Source: Candidatus Omnitrophota bacterium (GTDB lineage Bacteria > Omnitrophota > Gorgyraeia > Gygaellales > Profunditerraquicolaceae). Taken from it: 64,000 nucleotides of DNA. The stretch covers positions 3,427 to 67,426 of the forward strand of contig JBAZNG010000001.1 of NCBI GenBank assembly GCA_041649385.1, given 5' to 3'. Below the pieces are notes generated by a model. It worked only from the letters and a program-made list of their open reading frames with translations. It ran no database searches and was not told the origin of the DNA. Below, piece by piece: positions 62,766 to 64,000 of the stretch (position 1 is its first letter; each line of letters starts with the position of its first letter). Made by a program: the position numbers and the translations under genes.

Positions 62766-62838
62766 TTTAGGTTTTAGGTGTTTGGTTCCAGGTTTTCCCT
62801 ACCTACTACATACTACATTCTACCTACCCGCTATTATG
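62766..62838. repeat. CTAC-rich intergenic repeat, copy 8
   Basis: tttaggttttaggtgtttggttccaggttttccctacctactacatactacattctacctacccgctattatgtc. Confidence 0.85.
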
Positions 62839-62840
62839 TC

Positions 62841-63836
62841 CTAAACGGCTTTTAAGTATTGCGCGGCTAATTCAGGCGAGGTTGAATCGAGGTAAAAACC
62901 GGTCCCCCACTCAAAACCTGCAACTTGCGTCAGCTTCGGCATCAACTCTATATGCCAATGGTAATATTCCCCTTCTAATTCACTATTAATGGGTGAAGAA
63001 TGAATTATATAATTATATGAGATATTTTCAAATACTTTTTTCAGTTTTCTTAATGTGCCCTGCATGATCTCAGCCAATGCCTTTATTTCTTCCGCGCTCA
63101 TCAGGCTGAAATTGCCGCTGTGCTTCTTAGGAATAATCATTATCTCGAACGGGAAACGCGAAACAAAAGGGCAGAAAGAAAGAAAATATTTGTTCTCCAG
63201 GACTAATCTATCCTTTTCCTGCAGTTCCTGGCGGATAATATCACAGAAAATACAACGTTCGCGGTAATTAAAATACTCCTTTGCGCCATGAAGCTCCTCT
63301 AAAGCATTCTTGGGCACCATAGGCAACGCAACGATCTGCGTATGCGGATGCTCCAACGTCGCTCCTGCGGCAGAGGCATAATTCCTGAAAAGCATCAGGT
63401 ATTTAAAACGCTCATCCTTGGCCAGGTCCTGGCAACGGGCACAACACATCTTGAAATAATTTTCCACCTCTTCCGGCAAAAGATCAGGAAGGTCTTTGGC
63501 GTGATACGGCGTCTCGATGAGGACTTCATGGGCGCCTACCCCGTTAGACATATCATAGATGCCGATGCCGCGGCGCTCAAGGCTGCCTTCGATCTGTAAG
63601 GCCGGGAATTTATTTGCTACCACGCGCACAGTCCATCCCGGGGTATTCGCATGCGTGTTGGGGTCACGAAAACAATTGATCTCCGGAGGCGTCATAAATT
63701 CGTTGCCGTAACAAAAAGGGCATAACCCGCCTTTAGGCACGTATTGATCATAATTAAAATCTGCCGGGGCATTGGGATTATCGGTATCCACAATCACCCA
63801 GCGGCCGACAATAGGATCCCTTCTTAATTCTCCCAT
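62841..63836 (-). CDS. galT: galactose-1-phosphate uridylyltransferase (GalT, HIT superfamily)
   Basis: 331 aa, CPFC zinc site, HPHTQ active-site motif. Confidence 0.85.
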   Translation of the reverse strand: MGELRRDPIVGRWVIVDTDNPNAPADFNYDQYVPKGGLCPFCYGNEFMTPPEINCFRDPNTHANTPGWTVRVVANKFPALQIEGSLERRGIGIYDMSNGVGAHEVLIETPYHAKDLPDLLPEEVENYFKMCCARCQDLAKDERFKYLMLFRNYASAAGATLEHPHTQIVALPMVPKNALEELHGAKEYFNYRERCIFCDIIRQELQEKDRLVLENKYFLSFCPFVSRFPFEIMIIPKKHSGNFSLMSAEEIKALAEIMQGTLRKLKKVFENISYNYIIHSSPINSELEGEYYHWHIELMPKLTQVAGFEWGTGFYLDSTSPELAAQYLKAV

Positions 63837-63837
63837 C

Positions 63838-64000
63838 TTATAATTCTACCTCTCTTAAGAATTTAGCCGTGTCTTCCGGAGGCAGCGGGCAGATATAAAA
63901 ACCTGTCCCCCACTCAAATCCGGCAACCTTGGTCAGGCGCGGCATGATCTCAATATGCCAATGGTAATCCTGATCAATGGATTTCCAGTAGCCGGCTTTC
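63838..64000 (-). CDS. second GalT-family paralog, C-terminal 53 codons only (gene continues beyond window end)
   Basis: Manual translation ...[42 protein letters not shown] aligns with galT1 C-terminus; about 75% nt identity. Confidence 0.75.
   Translation of the reverse strand, partial: KAGYWKSIDQDYHWHIEIMPRLTKVAGFEWGTGFYICPLPPEDTAKFLREVEL

Noticed and set aside
6716-62838. Possibility that the CTAC repeats are a CRISPR array or tandem microsatellite
   Set aside because: Copies are dispersed (kilobases apart), not in a regular repeat-spacer array, and no cas genes are present. They are interspersed elements, not CRISPR.

Overview
This 64 kb window is a gene-dense, single-replichore stretch of a bacterial chromosome (about 45% GC; likely an anaerobe, uncultured-type lineage). 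95 of the 96 genes and RNAs called lie on the minus strand. It carries a nearly gapless translation/transcription super-operon: tRNA-Thr, rpmG, tRNA-Trp, secE-nusG-rplKAJL-rpoBC, then rpsL-rpsG-fusA-tuf and the S10, spc and alpha (start only) ribosomal clusters. It is followed by rsmA-pdxA-surA-like, a short Mfd, secDF-yajC, rpsP, a chorismate-utilising TrpE/PabB-like enzyme, a his operon (hisDBHA-lipoprotein-hisFI), alaS-recX-recA, a GAF-GGDEF cyclase (the only plus-strand gene), smc, an excisionase-type HTH, a type IV pilin, a ferredoxin-EtfA/EtfB/acyl-CoA dehydrogenase cluster, a GNAT, glgC, MarC, an FBT-family MFS transporter, secG-tpiA-(GIY-YIG)-pgk-gap and two tandem galT paralogs.

The most unusual signal is a dense family of at least 9 full and 2 partial copies of a 50-90 bp, strand-asymmetric, low-complexity intergenic repeat: AGGTTYT heptads followed by CTAC-rich, G-free tracts with core CCCTACATTCTACCTACTACCTAC. 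Every copy is wedged in the same orientation between co-directional genes, including inside the S10/spc ribosomal operon, the his operon and the glycolytic operon. It often supplies the upstream gene's stop codon and carries TAG stops in all three frames plus an ATG-TAG start-stop on the mRNA strand.

Other leads:
- A 4 x 23 bp phased palindromic operator-like array in the recA / GGDEF divergent region.
- A pilin cassette bracketed by about 60 bp direct repeats next to a nested palindrome and an AT-rich island.
- A GC-rich multi-hairpin leader upstream of the transporter.
- A GIY-YIG gene inserted into the gap-pgk-tpiA operon.
- An N-terminally truncated Mfd.

No CRISPR array, rRNA or obvious prophage is present.
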